A DNA stretch of 64,000 nt from Tissierellia bacterium (GCA_030535395.1 JAUNLK010000004.1:33209-97208); one strand, 5' to 3'; positions 27,952 to 36,916 are shown, numbered from the stretch's first letter. The notes: a model not told the origin generated them from the letters alone. Made by a program: numbers and translations.

Positions 27952-28080
27952 CGATATATATTAAGACGTACTTCGTAGTAGTAGGGACTGTGGATTTGTG
28001 GACAGACGGGGGCAAAGCTCAGTGAACTGCCACTTTGGCAGCTTTTCACCTGTGGATACTGGCCCCCACCCTGTGGAAGA
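27952..28080. promoter_or_regulatory. oriC downstream module in the dnaA-dnaN spacer: AT-rich tract, DnaA-trios, tandem DnaA boxes
   Basis: On the plus strand: GATATATATTAAG (27952-27964); TAGTAGTAG (27976-27984, i.e. 3'-GAT-5' trios on the opposite strand); GGAC spacer; TGTGGATTT (27989-27997); TGTGGACAG (27997-28005); then TGTGGATAC (28051-28059) and TGTGGAAGA (28072-28080). All four boxes point the same way. Confidence 0.75.
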
Positions 28081-28088
28081 CTTTGGGA

Positions 28089-29417
28089 TTACTGTCCCTT
28101 GATTTCATCGGTGAGCTTTTGGATTTGGAGTCTAAAATTGTCGTCCTCCTCCATGTCCTTTTGAATTTTATCATAGGCGTGGACCACCGTAGAGTGGTCC
28201 CTGCCTCCAAATTCGTCCCCAATTTTGGGCAGGGACAGATCGGTGAGCATTCGGGTGAGGTACATGGCAATCTGCCGGGGATAGGCGATGTAGCGGGGGC
28301 GCTTTGCGCTGTCCATCTCCTCCAGGCTGATATTGTAGTGGTGACAGACGATCTCTTTGATCCTCTCGGTGGTGATTTTCACCGGGGCCTTGCGGTCGAT
28401 GACATCCTTAAGTACCGCCTCGGTCATCTCCTGGGTGATGGGGTCCTGGGAGAAGCGGGCATAGGCGATGATCCGGGACAGCGCCCCCTCCAGCTCCCGG
28501 ATATTGCTCTTCACATTGCCGGCTATATAGTAGAAGACTTCATCGGGGACCTCGTAGCCGTCGATGAGGGCCTTGTTTTTCAAAATGGCGATCCGCGTCT
28601 CCAGATCCGGGGGCTGAATGTCCACCACCAGGCCCCAGGCAAAGCGGGAGATGAGGCGCTGCTCCAATTTTTTAATGTCCTTGGGGGGCTGGTCCGAGGT
28701 CATGACAATTTGCCGGTCCTGGCCGTGGAGCTCATTGAAGGTGTGGAAAAACTCGTCCATGGTGGACTCCTTGTCGGCAATGAACTGGATGTCGTCGATG
28801 AGGAGGAGGTCCACGGAGCGGTATTTTCTGCGAAACTCCTCATTTCTCCCCATTTGAATGGAGGCGATGAATTCGTTGGTGAATTGCTCGCTGGTCACAT
28901 AGAGGATCTTCTTCGTGGGATCGTTCCGCTGCATAAAGTGGCCAATGGCGTGCATCAGGTGGGTCTTGCCCAGGCCCACCCCCCCGTAGATGAAGAGGGG
29001 ATTGGCGTGGGCCTCCATGGGATTTTCCGCCACGGCGAGACTGGCCGCGTGGGCAAAGCGATTGCTGTGGCCCACCACAAAGGAATCAAAGGTGTACTTG
29101 GGATTCAAGTGGGAGTCCACTTTTTTGGTGGGCACATTGGCAGTGACGGTGCTGTCGGTCTCCAAAACAAAGAGAATTTCAGGCTTGATGCCACTGGCCT
29201 CATAGAAGAGGCGGCTCAGGAGGGTGCGGTATTTGTTTTTGTCCTCCATGAGGTGATTTTTGGTGAAGGTATTGGGGGCGGCAATGGTGAGCTTGTTTCC
29301 CTCCAAAGAAAGGGGCTTCAGAGGGCGAAACCAGGTATTGATTTGGGGATTGTACAGGGGCTCCTGTAAAAGTAGATTCATGGTTTTTTCCCAAATTTCG
29401 GGAAGGGAAAGGGACAT
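28089..29417 (-). CDS. dnaA: Chromosomal replication initiator protein DnaA
   Basis: 442 aa. AAA+ Walker A GGVGLGKTHLMHAIG, Walker B LLLIDDIQF, and a domain IV HTH (...FGGRDHSTVVHAYDKI). Confidence 0.98.
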   Translation of the reverse strand: MSLSLPEIWEKTMNLLLQEPLYNPQINTWFRPLKPLSLEGNKLTIAAPNTFTKNHLMEDKNKYRTLLSRLFYEASGIKPEILFVLETDSTVTANVPTKKVDSHLNPKYTFDSFVVGHSNRFAHAASLAVAENPMEAHANPLFIYGGVGLGKTHLMHAIGHFMQRNDPTKKILYVTSEQFTNEFIASIQMGRNEEFRRKYRSVDLLLIDDIQFIADKESTMDEFFHTFNELHGQDRQIVMTSDQPPKDIKKLEQRLISRFAWGLVVDIQPPDLETRIAILKNKALIDGYEVPDEVFYYIAGNVKSNIRELEGALSRIIAYARFSQDPITQEMTEAVLKDVIDRKAPVKITTERIKEIVCHHYNISLEEMDSAKRPRYIAYPRQIAMYLTRMLTDLSLPKIGDEFGGRDHSTVVHAYDKIQKDMEEDDNFRLQIQKLTDEIKGQ

Positions 29418-29477
29418 AGTGAACTCCTCAACAGTATCAACAGTGACCAGCTGTGGGCGCTGGAATTTGGGGAAAAC

Positions 29478-29679
29478 TTATCCACACTCCTGTGGGTTTT
29501 GTGGACAAAAAAATTTTCCACAAGAGGATATCCATGGGGTCTGTGGAAAATAAAGGGACAGAATGGGGATTATGCTCGAGTTTTTCGAAATTGTGGTACA
29601 ATTGTGGCAACTTTATCCACAAAGACTCCACAGTTTGTGGATAAACACAATTCATCCACAGGATGATTTTTTATCCACA
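29478..29679. promoter_or_regulatory. oriC upstream DnaA-box cluster (dnaA-rpmH intergenic region)
   Basis: Perfect TTATCCACA boxes lie at 29478-29486, 29613-29621 and 29671-29679, and in inverse orientation (TGTGGATAA) at 29636-29644. One-mismatch boxes lie at 29500-29508 (TGTGGACAA), 29514-29522 (TTTTCCACA), 29542-29550 (TGTGGAAAA) and 29652-29660 (TCATCCACA). Weaker copies occur nearby. Confidence 0.85.
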
Positions 29680-29799
29680 GCTTTGCTATAAGTATACCGA
29701 ATTAGAAAAAAGTTATCAACAGGCCCTTCTTTCACAAAAGGGGCAAATTGTTGCCCTTTGTGACCTTCAAATTACTGAATAAAAATATGGCGCCGATCC

Positions 29800-29828
29800 T
29801 TGACTTTAAGGGATCCTGTCCCTATAAT
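29800..29828 (+). promoter_or_regulatory. Sigma-A-type promoter of the rpmH operon
   Basis: TTGACT (29800-29805), a 17-nt spacer, then TATAAT (29823-29828). It lies about 64 nt upstream of the rpmH start. Confidence 0.8.
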
Positions 29829-29891
29829 AAAAATAACGTACATTTATAGCCCGAAGGGGCTATTTTTATCTGTATAGAAGGAGGTGCAGTC

Positions 29892-30026
29892 GTGAAAAGA
29901 ACTTTTCAACCCAAGAATAAGCAACGTAAAAGGGAACATGGTTTTTTGAGCCGCATGCGTACCCATGGTGGCCGCAATGTCATCAAGCGTCGTCGTCTGA
30001 AAGGCAGAAAGAAACTCTCTGCATAA
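29892..30026 (+). CDS. rpmH: 50S ribosomal protein L34
   Basis: This gene is not in the ORF track because it is shorter than 60 aa. A GTG start at 29892 follows GAAGGAGGTG. The translation [44 protein letters not shown] is unmistakably L34. Confidence 0.95.
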   Translation: MKRTFQPKNKQRKREHGFLSRMRTHGGRNVIKRRRLKGRKKLSA

Positions 30027-30036
30027 GTCAGCGGCC

Positions 30037-30411
30037 ATGGACCAAGTTCAATTTCTGAAGAAAGACGCTGATTTTAAACGGGTCTACCGGAAGCGAAAAA
30101 CTTTCGGCAATCGAAATTTCACATTGTATGTGCGTCGTAACGGCATGGATCATTCTAGGCTGGGTTTTTCCATCAGCAAAAAAGTGGGTCATGCCGTTAT
30201 TCGTAATTTAATCAAGCGAAGACTCAAGGCCCTGACCCATGAGGCCCAGTCCAAGTTTTTGCCCGGCTACGACTATGTATTGGTGGTAAAAAATAATGTG
30301 GGGGATCTGTCCTTTCAAAAAACTAAGTCGGCCTATCACCACATTTTTCGCCAGGCCAAGGCCTTTAAGGTAGCCGAGGCCAAGAAAAAGCAGTCCCCCA
30401 ACAAGGGCTGA
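30037..30411 (+). CDS. rnpA: Ribonuclease P protein component
   Basis: 124 aa and basic. FTLYVRRNG...RLGFSISKKVGHAVIRNLIKRRLK contains the RNR motif. Its position after rpmH is conserved. Confidence 0.95.
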   Translation: MDQVQFLKKDADFKRVYRKRKTFGNRNFTLYVRRNGMDHSRLGFSISKKVGHAVIRNLIKRRLKALTHEAQSKFLPGYDYVLVVKNNVGDLSFQKTKSAYHHIFRQAKAFKVAEAKKKQSPNKG

Positions 30412-30430
30412 CTGCCACGGGAAGGAAGCT

Positions 30431-30646
30431 ATGTCTTTCATTGCGCGATTTTTGATTCGCTTCTATCAGCGATATATCTCCACCTATCTGCTCCCCGGTG
30501 CCCACTGTAGGTTCAGCCCTACCTGTAGCCAGTACGCCCTGGAGGCCTTCACTCGCTACGGTTTTTTTCGGGCCCTCTATCTCTCCACCCGACGCATTTT
30601 AAAGTGCCATCCCTTCCATGAGGGTGGCTATGACCCTCTACCCTAA
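30431..30646 (+). CDS. yidD: Membrane protein insertion efficiency factor YidD
   Basis: 71 aa. YQRYIS......CRFSPTCSQYALEA...G...LS..RILKCHPFHEGGYDP is the YidD signature. Confidence 0.95.
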   Translation: MSFIARFLIRFYQRYISTYLLPGAHCRFSPTCSQYALEAFTRYGFFRALYLSTRRILKCHPFHEGGYDPLP

Positions 30647-30661
30647 TGAGGAGGAAGATAC

Positions 30662-31390
30662 TTGATTAGCTTTTTGGCCAACATCCTGGGTTCTCTTTTG
30701 AGATCCGTCTACGGAATTGTTTCCGGCATGGGCTCGGAGCCCGCATCGATTTCCTTTTTGGCCATCTCCATAATTCTAACGACCATCATCTTTAAAGTTC
30801 TGCTCTTGCCTCTAAACATCATGCAGACCAAGAGCCAAATGAAAATGGCCAGATTGCAGCCGAAAATCCAGGCACTCCAGGACAAATACGGCAATGACAA
30901 GCAAACTTTCGCCAAGAAACAACAGGAGTTGTTTCAAGAGTCGGGCTACAATCCCATGTTGGGCTGTCTGCCCCTGTTGATTCAACTGCCCATCATCATT
31001 GCTTTTTACCGGATCTTTCAGTTTCCCACTCAGTTTGCCTTTACCGATGCTGCCTTCTATGATTCCATTCAGAAGAATTTCTTCTTCATTAAGGACTTGG
31101 ATGTGGCCGACCCCACGGGACTGGTACTTCCCCTCATTGCCGCTGGTTTCACCTGGCTCACCAGCTATCTGACCCAGCACAATGCGGCCCAAAAAGCCAT
31201 GAGCAATCCTCAGAGCCAATCCACCATGAACACCATGATGATGATGATGCCGGTGATGATTTTCTTCTTCTCCCGTCGCATGGCGGCAGGGGTGGTCCTC
31301 TACTGGATTGTGAGCAATCTGTTTACCCTCGTTCAGCAGTACATTTCCAATGTGATTATTGCCAAAGAGGCCCAAGAGGAGTTGTCATGA
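30662..31390 (+). CDS. yidC: YidC/Oxa1-family membrane protein insertase
   Basis: 242 aa. ...LLLPLNIMQTKSQMKMARLQPKIQALQDKYGNDKQ...NPMLGCLPLLIQLPI... is the 60-kDa inner-membrane insertase core. The start is TTG at 30662, 7 nt after GAGGAGG. Confidence 0.9.
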   Translation: MISFLANILGSLLRSVYGIVSGMGSEPASISFLAISIILTTIIFKVLLLPLNIMQTKSQMKMARLQPKIQALQDKYGNDKQTFAKKQQELFQESGYNPMLGCLPLLIQLPIIIAFYRIFQFPTQFAFTDAAFYDSIQKNFFFIKDLDVADPTGLVLPLIAAGFTWLTSYLTQHNAAQKAMSNPQSQSTMNTMMMMMPVMIFFFSRRMAAGVVLYWIVSNLFTLVQQYISNVIIAKEAQEELS

Positions 31391-32337
31391 CCCTATCGAT
31401 ACAAACTGGAAAAACCGTCGAGGAGGCGGTGGACAAGGCCCTGCGCCAACTCCACGCAAAGCGCTCCGAGGTGACCATAGAGGTCCTGGAGGAGCCCTCC
31501 AAGGGCCTCTTTGGCCTTTTGGGGGCCAAGGAGGCCGTGGTGAAAGTCACCAAGCCCGTGGACACTAAGTCCCTCCTGGACGAACTTTTGGACGAACCCT
31601 TGGAGGAGCTCTCCCAGGAGAACATCCCTGAGGAGGCGGCACCTGTGGAGGAGCCGGTGGCAGAAGTGCCCCCAGTTTCCCGGGAAGCTGCCCCCGAGGC
31701 GGAAGCTGAAAAGCTCCAGGTTCGGAAAACCCAAGAAGTGGAAGGGACCCCGGAAGCTCCAGAAGCTCCGGAAGGGGAAGTCCCGGAAGCTCCGGAGGCT
31801 GCCCAGCCTCGGGAGGTGGAGGAAAATCCCACTCCCGACAATAGCAGAATGGGACTGCCCGATCATGTGCCCGAAAACAAGGAGGAGCTGGACACCGCCA
31901 TTCGCAGCTTCATCGCCCGCTATATGGCAGAGCTTTCCATGGACTACAGCCTGCAAATCAGCTACTCCGCCAAGCACATTCAAATCAATTTGGACGGCAA
32001 CCCCAGGGAGACGGGGATACTCATTGGAAAACACGGGTCCACTCTGGATTCCCTCCAGTACCTCCTCTCCTCCATTTTGAGTGGCTACGGCAAACAGCGC
32101 CGCCGGGTCTTTGTGGACGTCTCCGGTTACCGGAAAAAGCGGGAACAGACCCTCTCTCGCCTGGCCTTTCGGGCGGTGAAGAAGGTGGAGGCAACGGGCA
32201 AGCCCGTAAAACTGGAGCCCATGAGCGCCCAGGAGCGGAGAATCATCCACGCTTCCCTCCACCACCTGGAGGACATCAAGACCCACAGCGAAGGGAAGGA
32301 TCCCCATCGCCGGGTGATTATTGAAAAAATTAAGTAG
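31387..32337 (+). CDS. khpB: RNA-binding protein KhpB/Jag (Jag_N, KH and R3H domains) with an expanded acidic linker
   Basis: Jag_N is TGKTVEEAVDKALRQL...EVLEEPSKGLFG. The C-terminus has KH/R3H (SGYRKKREQTLSRLAFRAV...MSAQERRIIHASL). A Pro/Glu/Ala-rich insert of about 110 aa lies between them. Confidence 0.9.
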   Translation: MTLSIQTGKTVEEAVDKALRQLHAKRSEVTIEVLEEPSKGLFGLLGAKEAVVKVTKPVDTKSLLDELLDEPLEELSQENIPEEAAPVEEPVAEVPPVSREAAPEAEAEKLQVRKTQEVEGTPEAPEAPEGEVPEAPEAAQPREVEENPTPDNSRMGLPDHVPENKEELDTAIRSFIARYMAELSMDYSLQISYSAKHIQINLDGNPRETGILIGKHGSTLDSLQYLLSSILSGYGKQRRRVFVDVSGYRKKREQTLSRLAFRAVKKVEATGKPVKLEPMSAQERRIIHASLHHLEDIKTHSEGKDPHRRVIIEKIK

Positions 32338-32387
32338 CCAAACCTTCATGATCCATGAAGGTTTTTTTCTGTAGAGAGGAGGATTCC

Positions 32388-33779
32388 ATGAATCAACAAA
32401 GTCCCCTAATGGGCGGCACCATTGCCGCCATTTCCACTTCCCTCACCCCCTCGGGGATTGGCATTGTCCGCATGAGTGGCCCCGAGGCCTTTTCCATTGC
32501 CAAAGAAGTGGTGGTGGCAAGGGAGGATTTCACCGCCCAGGAGCACAGCAGGCGGCTGATCTTTGGCCGAGTGGTGGACGAGGAGGGCCCCTTGGATGAG
32601 GTATTGGCCGTGGCCTTTCACGCCCCCAATTCCTACACCCAGGAGGACATGGTGGAGCTCCAGGTCCACGGCTCCCCGGTGGTATTGGAGGAGATTTTGG
32701 CCCTCCTTTTGAGAAAGGGAGCGGTCCTGGCCGAGCCCGGGGAGTTCACCCGGAGGGCCTATCTCAATGGCCGCATGGACCTCACCCAGGCGGAGGCTGT
32801 GATGGACCTCATTGAATCGAAAAACCTCCTCTCCTCCCGCCAGAGTATGAGCCAGCTCAAGGGGGGCCTTCTGGAGCTCATTGAAGAAGAGCGAAGGAAG
32901 CTGAAGGATCTTTTGGCGGGGCTGGTGGCCAGTATCGAATTCCCCACCGATGAGGTGGAGGACATCGACGAAACGGCCTCCCTCGAGGCGGCGGAGGAGG
33001 TCCTCCGCAAGCTGAGGGAGCTCAGGGACACCGCCGACACCGGGCGGATGATCAAAGAGGGGATCAAGACGGCCATCATTGGCAAGCCCAATGTGGGGAA
33101 GAGCTCCCTCCTCAATCGCCTCCTGCGCACCGACCGGGCCATTGTCACGGAAATCCCCGGCACTACCCGGGACACCCTGGAGGAGAGCTATCGCATGGGC
33201 TCGGTGAGCCTCATCCTCACCGACACCGCCGGCATCCGCACCACCGACGATGTGGTGGAGCAGGCGGGGATTGAGCGGAGCCTCAAAGAACTCAAGGAGA
33301 GCGACCTCATTCTCGCGGTCTTTGACGGGAGCCGCCCCCTGGAAGAAGAGGATCGTCAAATTTTAGACATGCTCGGGGACAAAATCGCCATCGCCCTCAT
33401 CAACAAGGCCGATCTGCCCCAGAAGTGGACCATGGAGGAGCTGGTGGACTACATTCCCCGGGAGCGGATCTTCTCCACCAATTTCACCGGCCCCGATTCC
33501 CTTCAGGACCTTCAGGATCTGGTGAAGGAACTCTTTTTGGGGGGCGTACTCCCCGAGAAGATGAGCCCCAGAATCACCAATCTCAGGCAAAAACAGCTTC
33601 TGGACGAGGCCCTGGATTCCCTCTTGGCCTTCATTCAGGGCATGGAGGCCGGGGTCTATCTGGATCTTTTGGAAGTACATTTACAGGATGCCTACGAAAA
33701 ACTGGGCTCCATTACGGGTATGCACGTGGAGGATGAGCTCATGGACCACGTCTTCTCCGCCTTTTGCATTGGAAAGTGA
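32388..33779 (+). CDS. mnmE: tRNA modification GTPase MnmE
   Basis: TIAAISTS..GIGIVRMSG, G-domain GKPNVGKSSLLN, DTAGIR, NKAD, and a C-terminal CIGK. The start is set to the ATG at 32388, after GAGGAGGA. Confidence 0.95.
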   Translation: MNQQSPLMGGTIAAISTSLTPSGIGIVRMSGPEAFSIAKEVVVAREDFTAQEHSRRLIFGRVVDEEGPLDEVLAVAFHAPNSYTQEDMVELQVHGSPVVLEEILALLLRKGAVLAEPGEFTRRAYLNGRMDLTQAEAVMDLIESKNLLSSRQSMSQLKGGLLELIEEERRKLKDLLAGLVASIEFPTDEVEDIDETASLEAAEEVLRKLRELRDTADTGRMIKEGIKTAIIGKPNVGKSSLLNRLLRTDRAIVTEIPGTTRDTLEESYRMGSVSLILTDTAGIRTTDDVVEQAGIERSLKELKESDLILAVFDGSRPLEEEDRQILDMLGDKIAIALINKADLPQKWTMEELVDYIPRERIFSTNFTGPDSLQDLQDLVKELFLGGVLPEKMSPRITNLRQKQLLDEALDSLLAFIQGMEAGVYLDLLEVHLQDAYEKLGSITGMHVEDELMDHVFSAFCIGK

Positions 33780-33784
33780 GGACT

Positions 33785-35689
33785 ATGGAATACATTATCA
33801 AAGATACAGATATTGTGGTGGTGGGGGCCGGCCACGCCGGCTGTGAGGCGGCCCTGGCAGCCGCCCGCCTGGGGGCCTCGGTGGTCTGCCTCAGTGTGAA
33901 CTTAAATGCCGTGGCAGCCATGAACTGCAATCCCAATATTGGGGGCACGGGAAAGGGCCACTTGGTCCGGGAAATCGACGCCCTGGGCGGGGAAATGGGC
34001 CTCAATATCGACAAGACCTCCATCCAAACCCGCATCCTCAATGGCTCCAAGGGCCCGGCGGTCCACTCCCTCAGGATGCAGGCGGACAAGCGCCGCTATC
34101 ACGAGGAGATGAAAAAGACCCTGGAAAACACCCCGGGCCTCCACCTCATGCAGGATGAGGCCGTGGAGCTACTGGTGGAGGAGGGGAAAATTGTGGGCCT
34201 CAGGGGCCGCTCCGGGGGCAAGTACCTGGCCAAGGCCGTGATTCTCGCCACCGGCACCTATCTCCGGGGACGGGTCTTCATGGGGGAAGTGAACTATCCC
34301 TCCGGCCCCGACGGCATGCAGGCGGCCAATGAGCTCACCCAGAGCCTGGTGGATCTGGGCTTTGAGATTCAGCGAATGAAGACGGGGACCCCCGCCCGAA
34401 TCCACCGGGACAGCATCGACTTCACCGGAATGGAGATTCAGAAGGGGGGCCCCACCGTCCCCTTCTCCTTCCGAAATATTGGCCTGGAGCGGGAGATGCT
34501 CCCCCAAATTGAGTGCCACCTCACCTTCACCACCCCCGAGAGCCACGACATCATTCGCCGGAATATGCACCGCTCGGCCATGGCCCTGGGGGACATTGAG
34601 GGAACGGGGCCCCGCTACTGCCCCTCCATTGAGGACAAGGTGCGGCGCTTCGCAGATCGGGACCGCCACCAGGTCTTTTTGGAGCCCGAGGGCCTCACCA
34701 CCAAGGAGATCTATGTGCAGGGGGTCAGTTCCTCCCTCCCCGTGGACGTCCAACTGGAGCTCTACCGGAAAATCGAGGGCCTGGAGCACTGCGAATTCAT
34801 GCGCCCCGCCTATGCCATCGAGTACGATGCCATCGACGCCACCCGCCTCTACCGTTCCCTGGAGTCCCGGGACATTGAGGGCCTCTACATGGCAGGCCAG
34901 ATCAACGGCTCCAGCGGCTACGAGGAGGCGGCGGCCCAGGGCCTCATGGCGGGAATCAATGCCGCCCGGAAGGTCCAGGGGAAGGAGCCCATTATTCTGG
35001 ACCGCTCCGAGGCCTACATCGGGGTCCTCATTGACGACTTGGTCACCAAGGGCACCCGGGAGCCCTACCGGATGATGACCTCCCGCTGTGAGTACCGCCT
35101 CACCCTCCGCCAGGACAATGCCGATTTGCGCCTCACGGAGCTGGGCCACGAAATTGGCCTGGTCTCGGAAGAGCAGTATGAGGGCTACCGCTATAGGAAG
35201 GAGGCCATGGAGGCGGAATCTCTGCGCCTGTCCAAGATTCAGATCAATCCCACCGATGGGAACAACGAGATTCTGGCAGAGCTGGGCTCCGCCCCCATTA
35301 AAAATGCCATCTCCCTCTTGGACCTCATGCAGCGGCCGGAGCTCAGCTACGAGAAGCTCAAAGTCTTCGATCCCCAGCGCCAAGAGCTGAGGGAGGATGT
35401 GGTGGAGCAGGTGGAAATTCAGGTGAAGTACCGGGGCTATATCGAAAAGCAACAGGCCCAAATTCGGGAGTACAAGCGGCTGGAGGACCGGAGGCTCCCC
35501 GAGGACCTGGACTACTACGCCATTGAGGGCCTGAGAAATGAGGCCAAGGAAAAACTGGCAGACATCGCCCCGGAATCCGTGGGCCAGGCGGGGAGAATCT
35601 CCGGGGTCTCCCCCGCCGATATCAATGTGCTGCTCATCTATTTGGAGACCAAGAGGAGGAGGGAACATGAACTGGGATCAGCTCAATGA
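33785..35689 (+). CDS. mnmG: tRNA uridine 5-carboxymethylaminomethyl modification enzyme MnmG
   Basis: FAD motif DIVVVGAGHAGCEAALAAARLG, plus NPNIGGTGKGHLVREIDALGG. The start is set to the ATG at 33785. Confidence 0.96.
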   Translation: MEYIIKDTDIVVVGAGHAGCEAALAAARLGASVVCLSVNLNAVAAMNCNPNIGGTGKGHLVREIDALGGEMGLNIDKTSIQTRILNGSKGPAVHSLRMQADKRRYHEEMKKTLENTPGLHLMQDEAVELLVEEGKIVGLRGRSGGKYLAKAVILATGTYLRGRVFMGEVNYPSGPDGMQAANELTQSLVDLGFEIQRMKTGTPARIHRDSIDFTGMEIQKGGPTVPFSFRNIGLEREMLPQIECHLTFTTPESHDIIRRNMHRSAMALGDIEGTGPRYCPSIEDKVRRFADRDRHQVFLEPEGLTTKEIYVQGVSSSLPVDVQLELYRKIEGLEHCEFMRPAYAIEYDAIDATRLYRSLESRDIEGLYMAGQINGSSGYEEAAAQGLMAGINAARKVQGKEPIILDRSEAYIGVLIDDLVTKGTREPYRMMTSRCEYRLTLRQDNADLRLTELGHEIGLVSEEQYEGYRYRKEAMEAESLRLSKIQINPTDGNNEILAELGSAPIKNAISLLDLMQRPELSYEKLKVFDPQRQELREDVVEQVEIQVKYRGYIEKQQAQIREYKRLEDRRLPEDLDYYAIEGLRNEAKEKLADIAPESVGQAGRISGVSPADINVLLIYLETKRRREHELGSAQ

Positions 35690-36377
35690 GGGCCTAAAGG
35701 CCTGGGGCATCCAACTGGACTACGACGCCGAAAAATTCAACCAATTCGCCAATTTGGTCCTCTCGGCCAATGAGACCATGAATCTCACCCGAATCACCGA
35801 CCAAGAGGAGATGGTGGAAAAGCACTTTTTGGACAGCCTGAGCCTCTATCGCCTGCCCCAATTTAGAGGCGGAGAGAAGTACATGGACCTGGGCACCGGC
35901 GGGGGCTTTCCCGGCATGGTCCTGGCCCTCACCCTCCCCCCGGAAAGTGAGATCCTCCTCATGGACAGCCTGAGAAAGCGCATCGCCTTCCTCCAGGGAG
36001 TCATTGACACCATGGGCGTGGAAAATGCCGTGGCCCTCCACGCCAGGGCCGAGGAACTGGCCCGGGATGGAAAGTACCGGGAGCAGTATGATGTGGTGGT
36101 CTCCCGGGCGGTGGCCCGCCTGGACACCCTCCTGGAGTATGCCATGGGCTTTGTGGCCGTGGGAGGCACCTTCATCGCCATGAAGGGCCAGGACGGCCAG
36201 AGGGAGCTCAAGGAGGCCAAGCAGGCCCTCAAACTCCTCCACGGAGAAGTGGTGGCCGTGGATGAATTTGAGCTCCCGGGAGGGGACCAGCGGAGCCTCA
36301 TCGTCATCGAAAAGACCAGGGCCCTGGAGGAGAAATACCCCCGAGGGGGCGGAAAGCCCAGAAAGAGCCCCCTCTAA
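35667..36377 (+). CDS. rsmG: 16S rRNA (guanine527-N7)-methyltransferase RsmG
   Basis: SAM motif MDLGTGGGFPGMVLAL, plus NLTRITDQEEMVEKHFLDSL. The start is the ATG at 35667, after AGGAGGAGGG, overlapping the mnmG end. Confidence 0.93.
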   Translation: MNWDQLNEGLKAWGIQLDYDAEKFNQFANLVLSANETMNLTRITDQEEMVEKHFLDSLSLYRLPQFRGGEKYMDLGTGGGFPGMVLALTLPPESEILLMDSLRKRIAFLQGVIDTMGVENAVALHARAEELARDGKYREQYDVVVSRAVARLDTLLEYAMGFVAVGGTFIAMKGQDGQRELKEAKQALKLLHGEVVAVDEFELPGGDQRSLIVIEKTRALEEKYPRGGGKPRKSPL

Positions 36378-36799
36378 TGGTCTATCTACTCCTCTCCATC
36401 CTCCTTTTGGCCTTCACCCATCAGACCAGGGACGCCAAGCCCCTCCTGGCCCTCCCCCTCCTGGCCGTGGCCGCCCTTCAAACCTACGGCCTCTTTGGGG
36501 GCATCCCCTTCGTCCTCCAATTCATCCTGATTTTGGCCATGGCCGCCTCCGTCCTGGCCATGATGGTCCTCTACTACCGGAGTCTCCGGAGGGAAAAGAG
36601 GGACTTCCTCCACCGCCGGCGCAGAGAGCGACAGGAGCAGGTACAGGAAAAGGGCCGGAAGAAAATCATCGTGGAGGACATGAAGAGCCACTCCCACAAG
36701 ACCTACTGGGTCCGCCCCCAGGAGGAGGAAAAAGAACCTGAGCCCCAGGAGGACGAACAAAAAAAATCGAAGCCCCAGGAGGACGCCCCCACAGAGTGA
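36377..36799 (+). CDS. Small membrane protein with a highly charged C-terminal tail
   Basis: 140 aa with three hydrophobic segments, then RSLRREKRDFLHRRRRERQEQVQEKGRKK...EEEKEPEPQEDEQKKSKPQEDAPTE. Its ATG overlaps the rsmG stop (TAATG). I recognise no family. Confidence 0.5.
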   Translation: MVYLLLSILLLAFTHQTRDAKPLLALPLLAVAALQTYGLFGGIPFVLQFILILAMAASVLAMMVLYYRSLRREKRDFLHRRRRERQEQVQEKGRKKIIVEDMKSHSHKTYWVRPQEEEKEPEPQEDEQKKSKPQEDAPTE

Positions 36800-36916
36800 G
36801 CTCCCTCAAAAGGGCCCGGCAACACAGATCCATACCAAAAACAAACTACGTGCACAGCTCCGGGCTGTGCACTTTTTTTGTGAAGGGAAATAGAGGGAAA
36901 AACCAGAGCAGAAAAA

